A stretch of 26,074 nt of DNA, from positions 1 to 26,074 of IMG/VR virus record IMGVR_UViG_3300046163_000019. The stretch is one strand, 5' to 3'. This document shows, in pieces, positions 1 to 6,977 of this stretch. The notes beneath the pieces are model-generated. The model was not told the origin of the DNA, ran no database searches, and saw only the letters and a program-made list of their open reading frames with translations. The position numbers were made by a program, and so were the translations under genes. The DNA is from a virus. Its lineage: Duplodnaviria; Caudoviricetes. The stretch's first letter is position 1. Each line of letters starts with the position of its first letter.

Positions 1-76
1 GTTTCTAATCTGTGTCTCTAATGGTATCACTACCGATTGAGGCGGGGTCTAGCAGGTCTAGTTCTCACGGGTAGGC

Positions 77-96
77 GTTATTTGAAAACTGAATAG
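77..96 (+). promoter_or_regulatory. boxA-like antitermination element (GTTATTTGAAAACTGAATAG)
   Basis: Resembles the boxA region of Gram-positive rRNA leaders/spacers (TTTGAAAACTGAA); lies upstream of the first gene, which is followed by an intrinsic terminator. Confidence 0.35.
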
Positions 97-151
97 GCGT
101 TACGGATTAGGCGAATTTGATAGCGCCTATTCAATGACTAAAGGAGACAGA

Positions 152-901
152 ATGTCTACTGATTTAACCACTGAACAGGTGGCGGATTTAGTAGCTATTA
201 AGAAACTAGCCATAGATTATGGCAAGGGAATTAATAGCGCTCTAATTACGCTCATTGTTTCAATAATGGAAAAGCTACAAGATCCAAAATGGGGAAAAAT
301 TACCGTAAGGAAATTTAGTTCCTACATGGCAAAAGTAGCGATGGATAACCAAGAGAGTGTTTATCTAAAGCGATCACAGCTAACGAAATATTTAGCAATT
401 GCGAATGCTTTTAATGCGTGGAATTTAACCGCTAAAGACGTGGAGAAAACATTCTCCAAAGAAAAGGCGGGTTTGACGGTCACAGTTGCAAATCAACTTT
501 GCAAAGTTGATAGGCAAGGTAAACAAGTTCAGACTAAAGCCAAATTTACGGCTTTTGTTAATAAAATGAACGGCTTGAAAGATGACGATAAACGCAAGCA
601 AGCTATAGAAGATAAGTTACTAGAAATTAATCCATCTAAAGAGCCTAAAGAGCCTAAAGAAGAGCCTAAAGAAGAGCCTAAAGAAGACATAGGCGAAACT
701 AAAGAGGTCCTAAGCAATACAGGCGAAAAGCATCTAGAGGCAAGACTTACAGAAGTATTTGAAGACTTGGCTAAAGGTGAGGTTCCTACCATTATTAAAG
801 CGGATAGCAATAGCAAGCTAGCGGTAGCATTTAGGGGCTTTATTAATGAGGCTTCAATAAATGCAGAGCAATTTCTAGAGGCTTTTGCAACAACTAAGTA
901 A
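152..901 (+). CDS. Lys/Glu-rich hypothetical early protein with KEP/KEEP repeat linker
   Basis: ORF 134..901; SD AAGGAG at 141-146 favours ATG 152; followed by a terminator. Confidence 0.85.
   Translation: MSTDLTTEQVADLVAIKKLAIDYGKGINSALITLIVSIMEKLQDPKWGKITVRKFSSYMAKVAMDNQESVYLKRSQLTKYLAIANAFNAWNLTAKDVEKTFSKEKAGLTVTVANQLCKVDRQGKQVQTKAKFTAFVNKMNGLKDDDKRKQAIEDKLLEINPSKEPKEPKEEPKEEPKEDIGETKEVLSNTGEKHLEARLTEVFEDLAKGEVPTIIKADSNSKLAVAFRGFINEASINAEQFLEAFATTK
636..687 (+). repeat. In-frame 9/12-bp tandem repeat encoding KEPKEPKEEPKEEPKE
   Basis: ctaaagagc / ctaaagaagagc units repeated in tandem. Confidence 0.9.
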
Positions 902-922
902 AAATTGAATAGATAAGCAATT

Positions 923-952
923 GAGGGAGATGAGAAATCATCTCCCTCTTTT
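923..952 (+). terminator. Rho-independent terminator
   Basis: GAGGGAGATGA-GAAA-TCATCTCCCTC: 11-bp stem, GNRA loop, then TTTT and a further T-rich run. Confidence 0.9.
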
Positions 953-973
953 GCGTGTTTATTCTTTTGCTTT

Positions 974-992
974 TGACCACTTGAGTGGTCAG
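974..992. promoter_or_regulatory. Palindrome family A copy 1 (TGACCAC-TTGA-GTGGTCA)
   Basis: Identical 19-mer at 1905-1923; intergenic. Confidence 0.75.
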
Positions 993-1022
993 AGTGAGAG
1001 TGTGTGCATGAGCCGTTTTGGT

Positions 1023-1042
1023 CCTGGAATCTAGGATTCGAG
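1023..1042. promoter_or_regulatory. Palindrome family B copy (CCTG-GAATC-TAG-GATTC-GAG)
   Basis: Near-identical copy at 1925-1944; related sites at 1372-1390 and 1627-1643. Confidence 0.65.
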
Positions 1043-1087
1043 TCGGCTGTATGTGTGTGAAAACCTAATAATAAAGGAGGTATGTGA

Positions 1088-1234
1088 ATGAATACGGAAA
1101 CTTTTGAGAATGCGTATGTGAATGGTCAGTTCTCTCCGCTTGAGGCTATGAAGTCTTTAAGTCGGGAGAATGAGATGCTTAGGCGTGAGAATGAGAAGTT
1201 GCGAGAAGTTATATATACATTTAAGAGGAGGTGA
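1088..1234 (+). CDS. Small hypothetical protein, 48 aa (MNTETFENAY...YTFKRR), coiled-coil-like
   Basis: Translated by hand; SD AAGGAGG upstream; the stop lies within the next AGGAGGTGA. Confidence 0.7.
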   Translation: MNTETFENAYVNGQFSPLEAMKSLSRENEMLRRENEKLREVIYTFKRR

Positions 1235-1237
1235 ATG

Positions 1238-1375
1238 ATGGTTACGAGATTTTTAATTGATGTATTCTTTACCGCCTGTATCGTAGGCATGCCAGCTCTT
1301 GTGTGGTGTGTGTGGCGATATGGGATCGTGGAGGTTATGCGTTACTTTGGTCTACATTCGGATGAAGACATCTAG
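1238..1375 (+). CDS. Small membrane protein, 45 aa (MVTRFLIDVFFTACIVGMPALVWCVWRYG...)
   Basis: Translated by hand; SD AGGAGGTGA; one hydrophobic segment. Confidence 0.7.
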   Translation: MVTRFLIDVFFTACIVGMPALVWCVWRYGIVEVMRYFGLHSDEDI

Positions 1376-1415
1376 AATGTAGGGTTCGAATCTACATGAA
1401 GGGAGGTGAGTGTGT

Positions 1416-1625
1416 ATGTACACGTTAATTGTTAGAGATTTGCAAGGTGGAGGTATGGGAGAGAACGCAGTTAATAGGCGTTTCGTTTCTGCGTCTACTG
1501 CGTTGCAGTTCTTGAGAGATTGGGAACGTTCTATTGGCAGGCATCTGCCTATCCAATACAGCGGGTATCAATACTGCTGGGATGTGTATGACCCTAATGG
1601 TCGTAGACTAACTGATTTTATATAA
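1416..1625 (+). CDS. Hypothetical early protein
   Basis: ORF 1410..1625; GGAGGTGA SD favours ATG 1416. Confidence 0.75.
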   Translation: MYTLIVRDLQGGGMGENAVNRRFVSASTALQFLRDWERSIGRHLPIQYSGYQYCWDVYDPNGRRLTDFI

Positions 1626-1662
1626 GTCAAATCCACGATTTGAAATGGAGGGAGGTGAGAGT

Positions 1663-1902
1663 ATGACTGAGCAAGAATGGACTAACAAAGCTAAAAGCCT
1701 TTTAGTAGGCAGAATGATTAGAGCCGTTGAGTATGTGTCAGTAGAAGAGTGTGAGAGTATGGGTTGGAGTAGTAGACCTTTAGCAATGCACTTGGATGAT
1801 GGCACATGGATATTACCTATGCGTGATGATGAGGGTAATGATGGTGGAGCTATGGCGACAAGTGATGAGGAATTGGGAACGATCCCTGTTCTATGGTCTT
1901 AG
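1663..1902 (+). CDS. Phage hypothetical protein (LDDGT...DDEGNDGG)
   Basis: ORF 1645..1902; SD favours ATG 1663; motif pattern recalls a recurrent phage family. Confidence 0.8.
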   Translation: MTEQEWTNKAKSLLVGRMIRAVEYVSVEECESMGWSSRPLAMHLDDGTWILPMRDDEGNDGGAMATSDEELGTIPVLWS

Positions 1903-1903
1903 T

Positions 1904-1944
1904 CTGACCACTTGAGTGGTCAGGCCAGGAATCTTAGATTCGAG
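1904..1944. promoter_or_regulatory. Adjacent palindromes: family A (1904-1923) and family B (1925-1944)
   Basis: CTGACCAC-TTGA-GTGGTCAG then CCAG-GAATC-TTA-GATTC-GAG, directly before an SD. Confidence 0.75.
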
Positions 1945-1961
1945 AGAGGAGGTGAGTGTGT

Positions 1962-2219
1962 ATGGATCGCACAAATAGTGAATGGATACGGCTAATTAAG
2001 CAAGCCGTATCTAATGGGTATCGTGTGTTTGATGGTAACCCGAATTATGAGGTGAAGAAGTATGAGGACTCTGATGAGTTCTATATTATAAGCCATTTTA
2101 ATGATCACGTTATTGGGTTGCATGGTGATCTAGAGCGTGGGTATGGGCTGAACGGAAGTGAGTTTTATATCCATCATGATAGACCTGTGATGTTGCATGA
2201 CTTAGTAGAGAGGAGGTGA
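1962..2219 (+). CDS. Hypothetical early protein
   Basis: ORF with AGGAGGTGA SD; ATG 1962. Confidence 0.8.
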   Translation: MDRTNSEWIRLIKQAVSNGYRVFDGNPNYEVKKYEDSDEFYIISHFNDHVIGLHGDLERGYGLNGSEFYIHHDRPVMLHDLVERR

Positions 2220-2226
2220 AGTTGTA

Positions 2227-2445
2227 ATGGAAGATGAAGATTGGGGCTATGGAGTAGCCCAATATGTAGACTTAGGTGACTTGTGTGTGCATTGTGAGGA
2301 GTCCACGGCTTTTGGTAGTGGGAGGTTTGTGAATCGCTATCCCGTTAGTGAATTAGATGTGAACTGTGATGGTGTGTATTACACGGGTTACTGTTGTTAT
2401 GTATGTGAAGAGGAGTTTGAGGCAGAGCATAAAGCCGATGTATAG
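2227..2445 (+). CDS. Small acidic protein with CxxC...CxxC (putative Zn finger)
   Basis: CVHC and CCYVC motifs; strong SD. Confidence 0.8.
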   Translation: MEDEDWGYGVAQYVDLGDLCVHCEESTAFGSGRFVNRYPVSELDVNCDGVYYTGYCCYVCEEEFEAEHKADV

Positions 2446-2451
2446 GGATAC

Positions 2452-2480
2452 TTGACATCGTTTGAGTACTGTGCTAGTTT
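2452..2480 (+). promoter_or_regulatory. Housekeeping-sigma (SigA/sigma70-type) promoter
   Basis: TTGACA (2452-2457), 17-nt spacer, TAGTTT (2475-2480) with an extended -10 TG at 2472-2473; intergenic. Confidence 0.75.
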
Positions 2481-2506
2481 AAGAGTATTGAGAGAGGAGG
2501 TGAATC

Positions 2507-2890
2507 ATGGATAAACCTAAAGTTATCCCACCTTGCACATGGGAGGATTTGTCATGGGATCAACGAGAAGTAACATATCACGTTGATAATACGGAGCCTC
2601 TGTTTCGGCAGAAGGAAGCCATTATCATGAAGTTAGAAAAGCTCTACGATAAGGGTGTGTTTGAATTACCGTTAGCCCATAAAGCCTTTATGCACTTAGT
2701 GAATATGACTTGTAAGCATTACTTGTATCCGCACAATAAGAGCGATTGGCATAAGATATTTCCTATTGCGGATCGTAGGGTAGTGGCGTGGTATTACGCT
2801 ACGAGAGTATGGGAAGCATGTAAAGGTTGGGAAGAGTGGGGCTGTCAAGACAGAATCACAAGACCATTTATAGAAGCTGTAAACATATAG
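2507..2890 (+). CDS. Phage hypothetical protein
   Basis: 127-aa ORF with AGGAGGTGA SD, downstream of the promoter. Confidence 0.85.
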   Translation: MDKPKVIPPCTWEDLSWDQREVTYHVDNTEPLFRQKEAIIMKLEKLYDKGVFELPLAHKAFMHLVNMTCKHYLYPHNKSDWHKIFPIADRRVVAWYYATRVWEACKGWEEWGCQDRITRPFIEAVNI

Positions 2891-2906
2891 AGAGGAGGTG
2901 AATGCT

Positions 2907-3236
2907 ATGAGCATCACTAAAGCACAAGTGCGAGAAGCACTAGACGCTGATGTGATTCGTGGCGATGGGCATACAATCTATGCACCAGCGTTTTATGAGG
3001 ATCACTTTGACGTTACGCACCTGGAAATAGAGTACAAGTCTGACTACTCAAGTGGTAAGTCTACAATCTATGACAATGAGGGTGTGCCTATGGAGAGTAC
3101 GAGGGGAGTGTATAACCTTCGATTCTTGCAATGGCTTGCTAAAGAGCTAGATGTAGACTACCCATCTATGGGTGGTAGAGGCTCTCAAGCTAGTGCGATA
3201 GCGAGAGCTATCGCTAGTTGGTCTAAGTCTGACTAA
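2907..3236 (+). CDS. Hypothetical early protein
   Basis: ORF 2898..3236; SD favours ATG 2907. Confidence 0.85.
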   Translation: MSITKAQVREALDADVIRGDGHTIYAPAFYEDHFDVTHLEIEYKSDYSSGKSTIYDNEGVPMESTRGVYNLRFLQWLAKELDVDYPSMGGRGSQASAIARAIASWSKSD

Positions 3237-3243
3237 CGGTTTG

Positions 3244-3267
3244 GAGTGTCCACCACAGTGGACACTC
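3244..3267. promoter_or_regulatory. Palindrome family A variant (GAGTGTCCAC-CACA-GTGGACACTC), operator or hairpin
   Basis: Perfect 10-bp arms; shares TGWCCAC-N4-GTGGWCA with the 974 and 1905 copies; no U-tract. Confidence 0.65.
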
Positions 3268-3307
3268 TCTGCCGATGTTCAGATAGAGCATCATTGAGAG
3301 GAGAAGT

Positions 3308-3505
3308 ATGAGTAATGTATTAACAGATATAGAGCTTGACGAGCTTGCCTTAATTGGTGATGTCATCAAGGTGTCGCTTGAATGTGACATCAATGAGACA
3401 GGGGTTCCGTGTCGTACTGACAGGTTTATGGCTGTTGAGGCGATGGTTCGGTATCTTGAGATCCATGATTATGTGTGTGTGTATGATCCCGACAATTTCC
3501 AATAA
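3308..3505 (+). CDS. Small acidic hypothetical protein
   Basis: ORF with SD AGGAG. Confidence 0.75.
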   Translation: MSNVLTDIELDELALIGDVIKVSLECDINETGVPCRTDRFMAVEAMVRYLEIHDYVCVYDPDNFQ

Positions 3506-3516
3506 GGAGGTGAGTT

Positions 3517-3780
3517 ATGCGGAAAACAAAAAGGATAATACTATTTGAGGAGGAAGCACATGGTAGAGCTATTGAATCCATCTTCAGATTCCAAGATAGT
3601 ACCGACTTATATAAAGCTACGGTAAAGCGGAATATGCGGTGGGGTTCTGTGTTCAAGTGGAGTGACACCAATGGTTGGTTACACCTCGTAGGAACAGAGA
3701 GCTTTAGCGATAAGCAAACTATTGAGGATTTGATGTGCTTGGCTGAGAGATTCCATTATGAAATGATAGGAGGTGAGTAA
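3517..3780 (+). CDS. Hypothetical early protein
   Basis: ORF with AAGGAGGTGA SD. Confidence 0.8.
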   Translation: MRKTKRIILFEEEAHGRAIESIFRFQDSTDLYKATVKRNMRWGSVFKWSDTNGWLHLVGTESFSDKQTIEDLMCLAERFHYEMIGGE

Positions 3781-3953
3781 TGAAAAGTGCAAGCGTATTT
3801 ATCAGTTTGGTAGTAGGGGAAACTAATATCCCTGCTTCCATGCTGTTTGAAGATGAGGAGTTCTTGCGTGAGACAATAGATTTGTCAAAGCAGGGATTGT
3901 CAGTAACGGAGCTAGCCGATGAGATGATTCATTGGTGTGAGCTTAATTATTAA
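3780..3953 (+). CDS. Small acidic protein, 57 aa (MKSASVFISL...HWCELNY)
   Basis: Translated by hand; AGGAGGTGA SD and TAATG overlap; fills the gap exactly. Confidence 0.75.
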   Translation: MKSASVFISLVVGETNIPASMLFEDEEFLRETIDLSKQGLSVTELADEMIHWCELNY

Positions 3954-3968
3954 ATGAAAGGAGTCAGT

Positions 3969-4211
3969 ATGACTGACGAAGATAAATATGAATATGACAA
4001 TGACTATGGGTGTATGGCTTTACGCCATGCTCATCGTGCATTAGAGCAACTACAAGAAATGTGGAATGCTACACCCAAGACTGGGTATGGACATGAGCAA
4101 TACTCAGAAGTCATGGGGTGGCTAATAGGCTACATAGACAATGTGCAATATCTAGGGCTGGCAGAGTTTGAGCTAGACCTAGACTCACTTAAGGAAGGAG
4201 GCTTAGTATGA
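3969..4211 (+). CDS. Acidic hypothetical protein
   Basis: ORF 3954..4211; SD AAGGAG favours ATG 3969. Confidence 0.8.
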   Translation: MTDEDKYEYDNDYGCMALRHAHRALEQLQEMWNATPKTGYGHEQYSEVMGWLIGYIDNVQYLGLAEFELDLDSLKEGGLV

Positions 4212-4420
4212 ATGCGAAAGATATGACTGCTGAACAAATAGCAGAAGAGTATCGCAGGATTCCTGAGTATGACAGAGACAAGGACACTGAAAGGCTCTGC
4301 TCAATACTAGCAGGCGAACTTGCCGATCAGTTGTGTAAGTTACCGTACTCTGAGCTGCCCCATAAGGAGCGACATGCTCTGTTGGTTGGCATAATCAATG
4401 ATCTACCTTTATACCTTTAA
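4208..4420 (+). CDS. Hypothetical protein
   Basis: ATGA overlap; SD AAGGAGG. Confidence 0.8.
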   Translation: MNAKDMTAEQIAEEYRRIPEYDRDKDTERLCSILAGELADQLCKLPYSELPHKERHALLVGIINDLPLYL

Positions 4421-4431
4421 GGAGGTGAACA

Positions 4432-4590
4432 ATGAAATACACAATATGGTTAGAAGGCACTAGTTGGTGTATCTCTGACATAGATAAAAAGCAATTAAAC
4501 CGAACTTTAGACGCATTACACGAAAAAGGTTACTCACCGATTAATCCTAATTCGCCTAAAGTTATGATCTCTAAACATGAAAGGAGGTGA
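4432..4590 (+). CDS. Small hypothetical protein, 52 aa (MKYTIWLEGT...KHERR)
   Basis: Translated by hand; AAGGAGGTGA SD. Confidence 0.75.
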   Translation: MKYTIWLEGTSWCISDIDKKQLNRTLDALHEKGYSPINPNSPKVMISKHERR

Positions 4591-4593
4591 GGT

Positions 4594-4833
4594 ATGGCAA
4601 GATACCAAGTAGAGCTGATGCACACCTACAGATTTGTAGAATTTGTAGAGGTGGAGATGCCCGACAATTACGGTTACAATCTTGCAACTTGTGATGAGTT
4701 GTGGGATAAGGCTAGACAACTAAGTGATCCTTACAAGCAAGATGAGGAGGGTGTCACAGGTTGGCTTGATTGCATAGAGTGGGATGAAGAACCCGCAGAG
4801 ATATGTGACTGTTCCAGAATAGAAGGAGAGTAA
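4594..4833 (+). CDS. Highly acidic hypothetical protein
   Basis: 79-aa D/E-rich ORF with SD. Confidence 0.8.
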   Translation: MARYQVELMHTYRFVEFVEVEMPDNYGYNLATCDELWDKARQLSDPYKQDEEGVTGWLDCIEWDEEPAEICDCSRIEGE

Positions 4834-4834
4834 T

Positions 4835-5752
4835 ATGCTGACAGTAGGTTCACTATGCACAGGCATTGGTGGTCTCGAATTGGCGCTTCGCCAAGTCTTG
4901 ACCACTGAACTCTTGTGGGTAAGTGAAACAGACCCAAGTGCATCACAAGTATTAGAGCATCGCTTCGGTGTTCCTAACTTGGGTGACTTAACAGAGATAA
5001 GTAAACCACCTAAAGTGGACATAGTAATGGCAGGGTTCCCCTGTCAACCAGTTTCATACGCTGGGGAAAGGAAAGGTATAGATGATAAACGATGGCTCAT
5101 TGAGGATGTTTGCCGAGTTGCGAGTGAAGCGCAAGCGAGGTTCCTCATCCTTGAAAACGTCAGAGGATTGCTTACCGCTAACAACGGGGAAGCTCTTGCA
5201 AGAGTCTGTGCAGAAATGGCATACAACGGTTTCGGCAGATGGGAATGGGATACTCTACGAGCGTCTAGAGTCGGAACTCCACACAGACGTGATAGATGGT
5301 TCTGCATTGCTACCAACTCCAAGGGCAGCAATGGCAGATGGTCGCAACATGAAGCCGTGGTTGAGACCATTAGACAAGCCACAGAACTTAGAGAACGCAA
5401 TAGCAAGGATGCCTCTATTGCCGACACCGCAGGCTGGGGACTGCAAGGTGTTCGGGCCAGGAATAGACTGGAAGAATCGGAAGGAGACACGGCAACCTTC
5501 AGTAGCTTCGGTCCTTATGAACCTGCTATACGAAGATGGGAAGCCATCACGGGAGTGATGCCACCACACCCTGTCTGTGACAGAGGTGTAGAGCCTGCAT
5601 TCGTAGAGTGGATCATGGGATTTGACAAGGGGTGGGTGACGGACCTAGGCTTGTCAATGACAGCAGAACTCAAGACATTAGGTAACGCTGTCGTACCACT
5701 CCAAGGAGCAGTAGCCCTTGGCGTGTTACTTCAACGACTACTAGAGATATAG
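4835..5752 (+). CDS. DNA (cytosine-5) methyltransferase
   Basis: Motif I SLCTGIGG, IV AGFPCQ, VI ENV, VIII PHRRDRWF, IX-like EWIMGF, X LGNAVVP. Confidence 0.93.
   Translation: MLTVGSLCTGIGGLELALRQVLTTELLWVSETDPSASQVLEHRFGVPNLGDLTEISKPPKVDIVMAGFPCQPVSYAGERKGIDDKRWLIEDVCRVASEAQARFLILENVRGLLTANNGEALARVCAEMAYNGFGRWEWDTLRASRVGTPHRRDRWFCIATNSKGSNGRWSQHEAVVETIRQATELRERNSKDASIADTAGWGLQGVRARNRLEESEGDTATFSSFGPYEPAIRRWEAITGVMPPHPVCDRGVEPAFVEWIMGFDKGWVTDLGLSMTAELKTLGNAVVPLQGAVALGVLLQRLLEI
5082..5558 (+). CDS. Nested +1-frame polypeptide with two LLPTP modules (putative MTase beta/TRD subunit)
   Basis: 158-codon open frame inside the MTase; LLPTPRA at 5307 and LLPTPQA at 5415; start uncertain. Confidence 0.6.
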   Translation: MINDGSLRMFAELRVKRKRGSSSLKTSEDCLPLTTGKLLQESVQKWHTTVSADGNGILYERLESELHTDVIDGSALLPTPRAAMADGRNMKPWLRPLDKPQNLENAIARMPLLPTPQAGDCKVFGPGIDWKNRKETRQPSVASVLMNLLYEDGKPSRE

Positions 5753-5760
5753 GAGAAGCA

Positions 5761-5985
5761 ATGGTATTGAAAGAGCAGACAGTGATGTGGTTACATCACA
5801 TTGTGTATGAGAACTTAGAGCAACTTGTAATAGAGCTTGAAGATTGTAGATTCGAGGCAGCCGAACGGCGAGCCAAACGAGTCATGCGTTACATCGGTAC
5901 TTTGCAGTTGCATGAGACAGTTGAAGACCCGAAAGTGGACTTCTCAGAACTAAGAAAGGAGGGCAAGCATGAAATTAGCGATTAG
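5761..5985 (+). CDS. Hypothetical protein
   Basis: ORF with SD AGGAG. Confidence 0.8.
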   Translation: MVLKEQTVMWLHHIVYENLEQLVIELEDCRFEAAERRAKRVMRYIGTLQLHETVEDPKVDFSELRKEGKHEISD

Positions 5986-6214
5986 AGAGACATTCGTACA
6001 GCATTACTGCAAGAGGTGTGACAGGAGCTTTGGCACACTAGTCAATGCTGTTAAATACAACGAATACATCAACGGCAACAAGAGTGTCATGGATGTGTTC
6101 CCTAACGATCCAGCACCATTCAGAGAGATACTGATACAGGATCATCGTAGACGTAACGGTGGCATGTATCATCCGATATGTGATGACTGTTGGAATAAAT
6201 TAGAGGAAGAATAA
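5969..6214 (+). CDS. Zn-ribbon-like hypothetical protein
   Basis: CKRC and CDDC motifs; SD AAGGAGG. Confidence 0.8.
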   Translation: MKLAIRETFVQHYCKRCDRSFGTLVNAVKYNEYINGNKSVMDVFPNDPAPFREILIQDHRRRNGGMYHPICDDCWNKLEEE

Positions 6215-6222
6215 TAAAATCA

Positions 6223-6344
6223 TGTAGGTGGGGCTAGTCGGTACTCCTTTCCCGAAGAAGGGCAACCTGCGCCTAGCGTCAAACAGAAACATTAGACATA
6301 ACATGGCATCTGTAAGGTCTGTCCGCCCCTACTACAACTAGGAG
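6223..6344 (+). ncRNA. Putative structured cis-regulatory RNA with an anti-SD loop
   Basis: Outer stem 6223-6234/6325-6336; inner TCGG/CCGA hairpin with loop TACTCCTTTC; SD AGGAG at 6340-6344. Confidence 0.4.
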
Positions 6345-6350
6345 AAAACT

Positions 6351-6548
6351 ATGGATAAAAGAAAAATCTACAAACTCACAGACAACTTAATAGATTTATT
6401 CAAAGTTGTTATTGAGTTACAACAAGCTCTTGATGAAATCATTGAAGGACTAGAACCTGAAATTGAAACCATTGAGGATAATGTCGTTGAGTTACGGCGA
6501 CACATGAATAGAAACCAGTCAGATTTGTATTACACAGAGGAGGATTAA
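6351..6548 (+). CDS. Small coiled-coil hypothetical protein
   Basis: ORF with SD AGGAG. Confidence 0.75.
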   Translation: MDKRKIYKLTDNLIDLFKVVIELQQALDEIIEGLEPEIETIEDNVVELRRHMNRNQSDLYYTEED

Positions 6549-6602
6549 ATGCACAATCTAACATACCTATCAACAGGACCATATCAAGAAGAGGAGGTGA
6601 AT

Positions 6603-6977
6603 ATGGAACAATGGGAACATGATCGAGTGGCAGGCAGAGAAGCCATGATGCGTTTACTAACTGTCATAGATGCGATGAAGCACAGCGACTTTCTCCTGGC
6701 TTTAGAGACAGATAAACAAGACATAGGCATGGACATGAACAAACTCTTGGTCAGACTCAAGAGACTGCATAGATGGCAGAACAGACTAGAGCGATGGCTG
6801 AAAGTAATCTCATACCACAAGAGACAGACTATCTATGACGTTGTGAACCTGCATGGCTATGGCGGTAATGCACACACAGCTAAGTACTTAGGGCTGTCTC
6901 GCCAACGTATACACATGCTATGTAGGGAAGCTGAGGAAGAACGCCTCAGACAGTACACAGCGAAGGACATACAGTAA
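6603..6977 (+). CDS. Helix-turn-helix DNA-binding protein
   Basis: C-terminal NAHTAKYLGLSRQRIHML HTH signature; AGGAGGTGA favours ATG 6603 over 6549. Confidence 0.75.
   Translation: MEQWEHDRVAGREAMMRLLTVIDAMKHSDFLLALETDKQDIGMDMNKLLVRLKRLHRWQNRLERWLKVISYHKRQTIYDVVNLHGYGGNAHTAKYLGLSRQRIHMLCREAEEERLRQYTAKDIQ

Noticed and set aside
1377-1397. GGTTCGAATC, resembling a tRNA T-loop
   Set aside because: The flanking stem is out of register for a T-arm, no acceptor, D or anticodon arms are visible, and the upstream sequence is coding
974-1944. Repeated palindromes as a CRISPR or mini-array
   Set aside because: Copies are hundreds of bases apart and separated by whole genes, not 30-40-nt spacers
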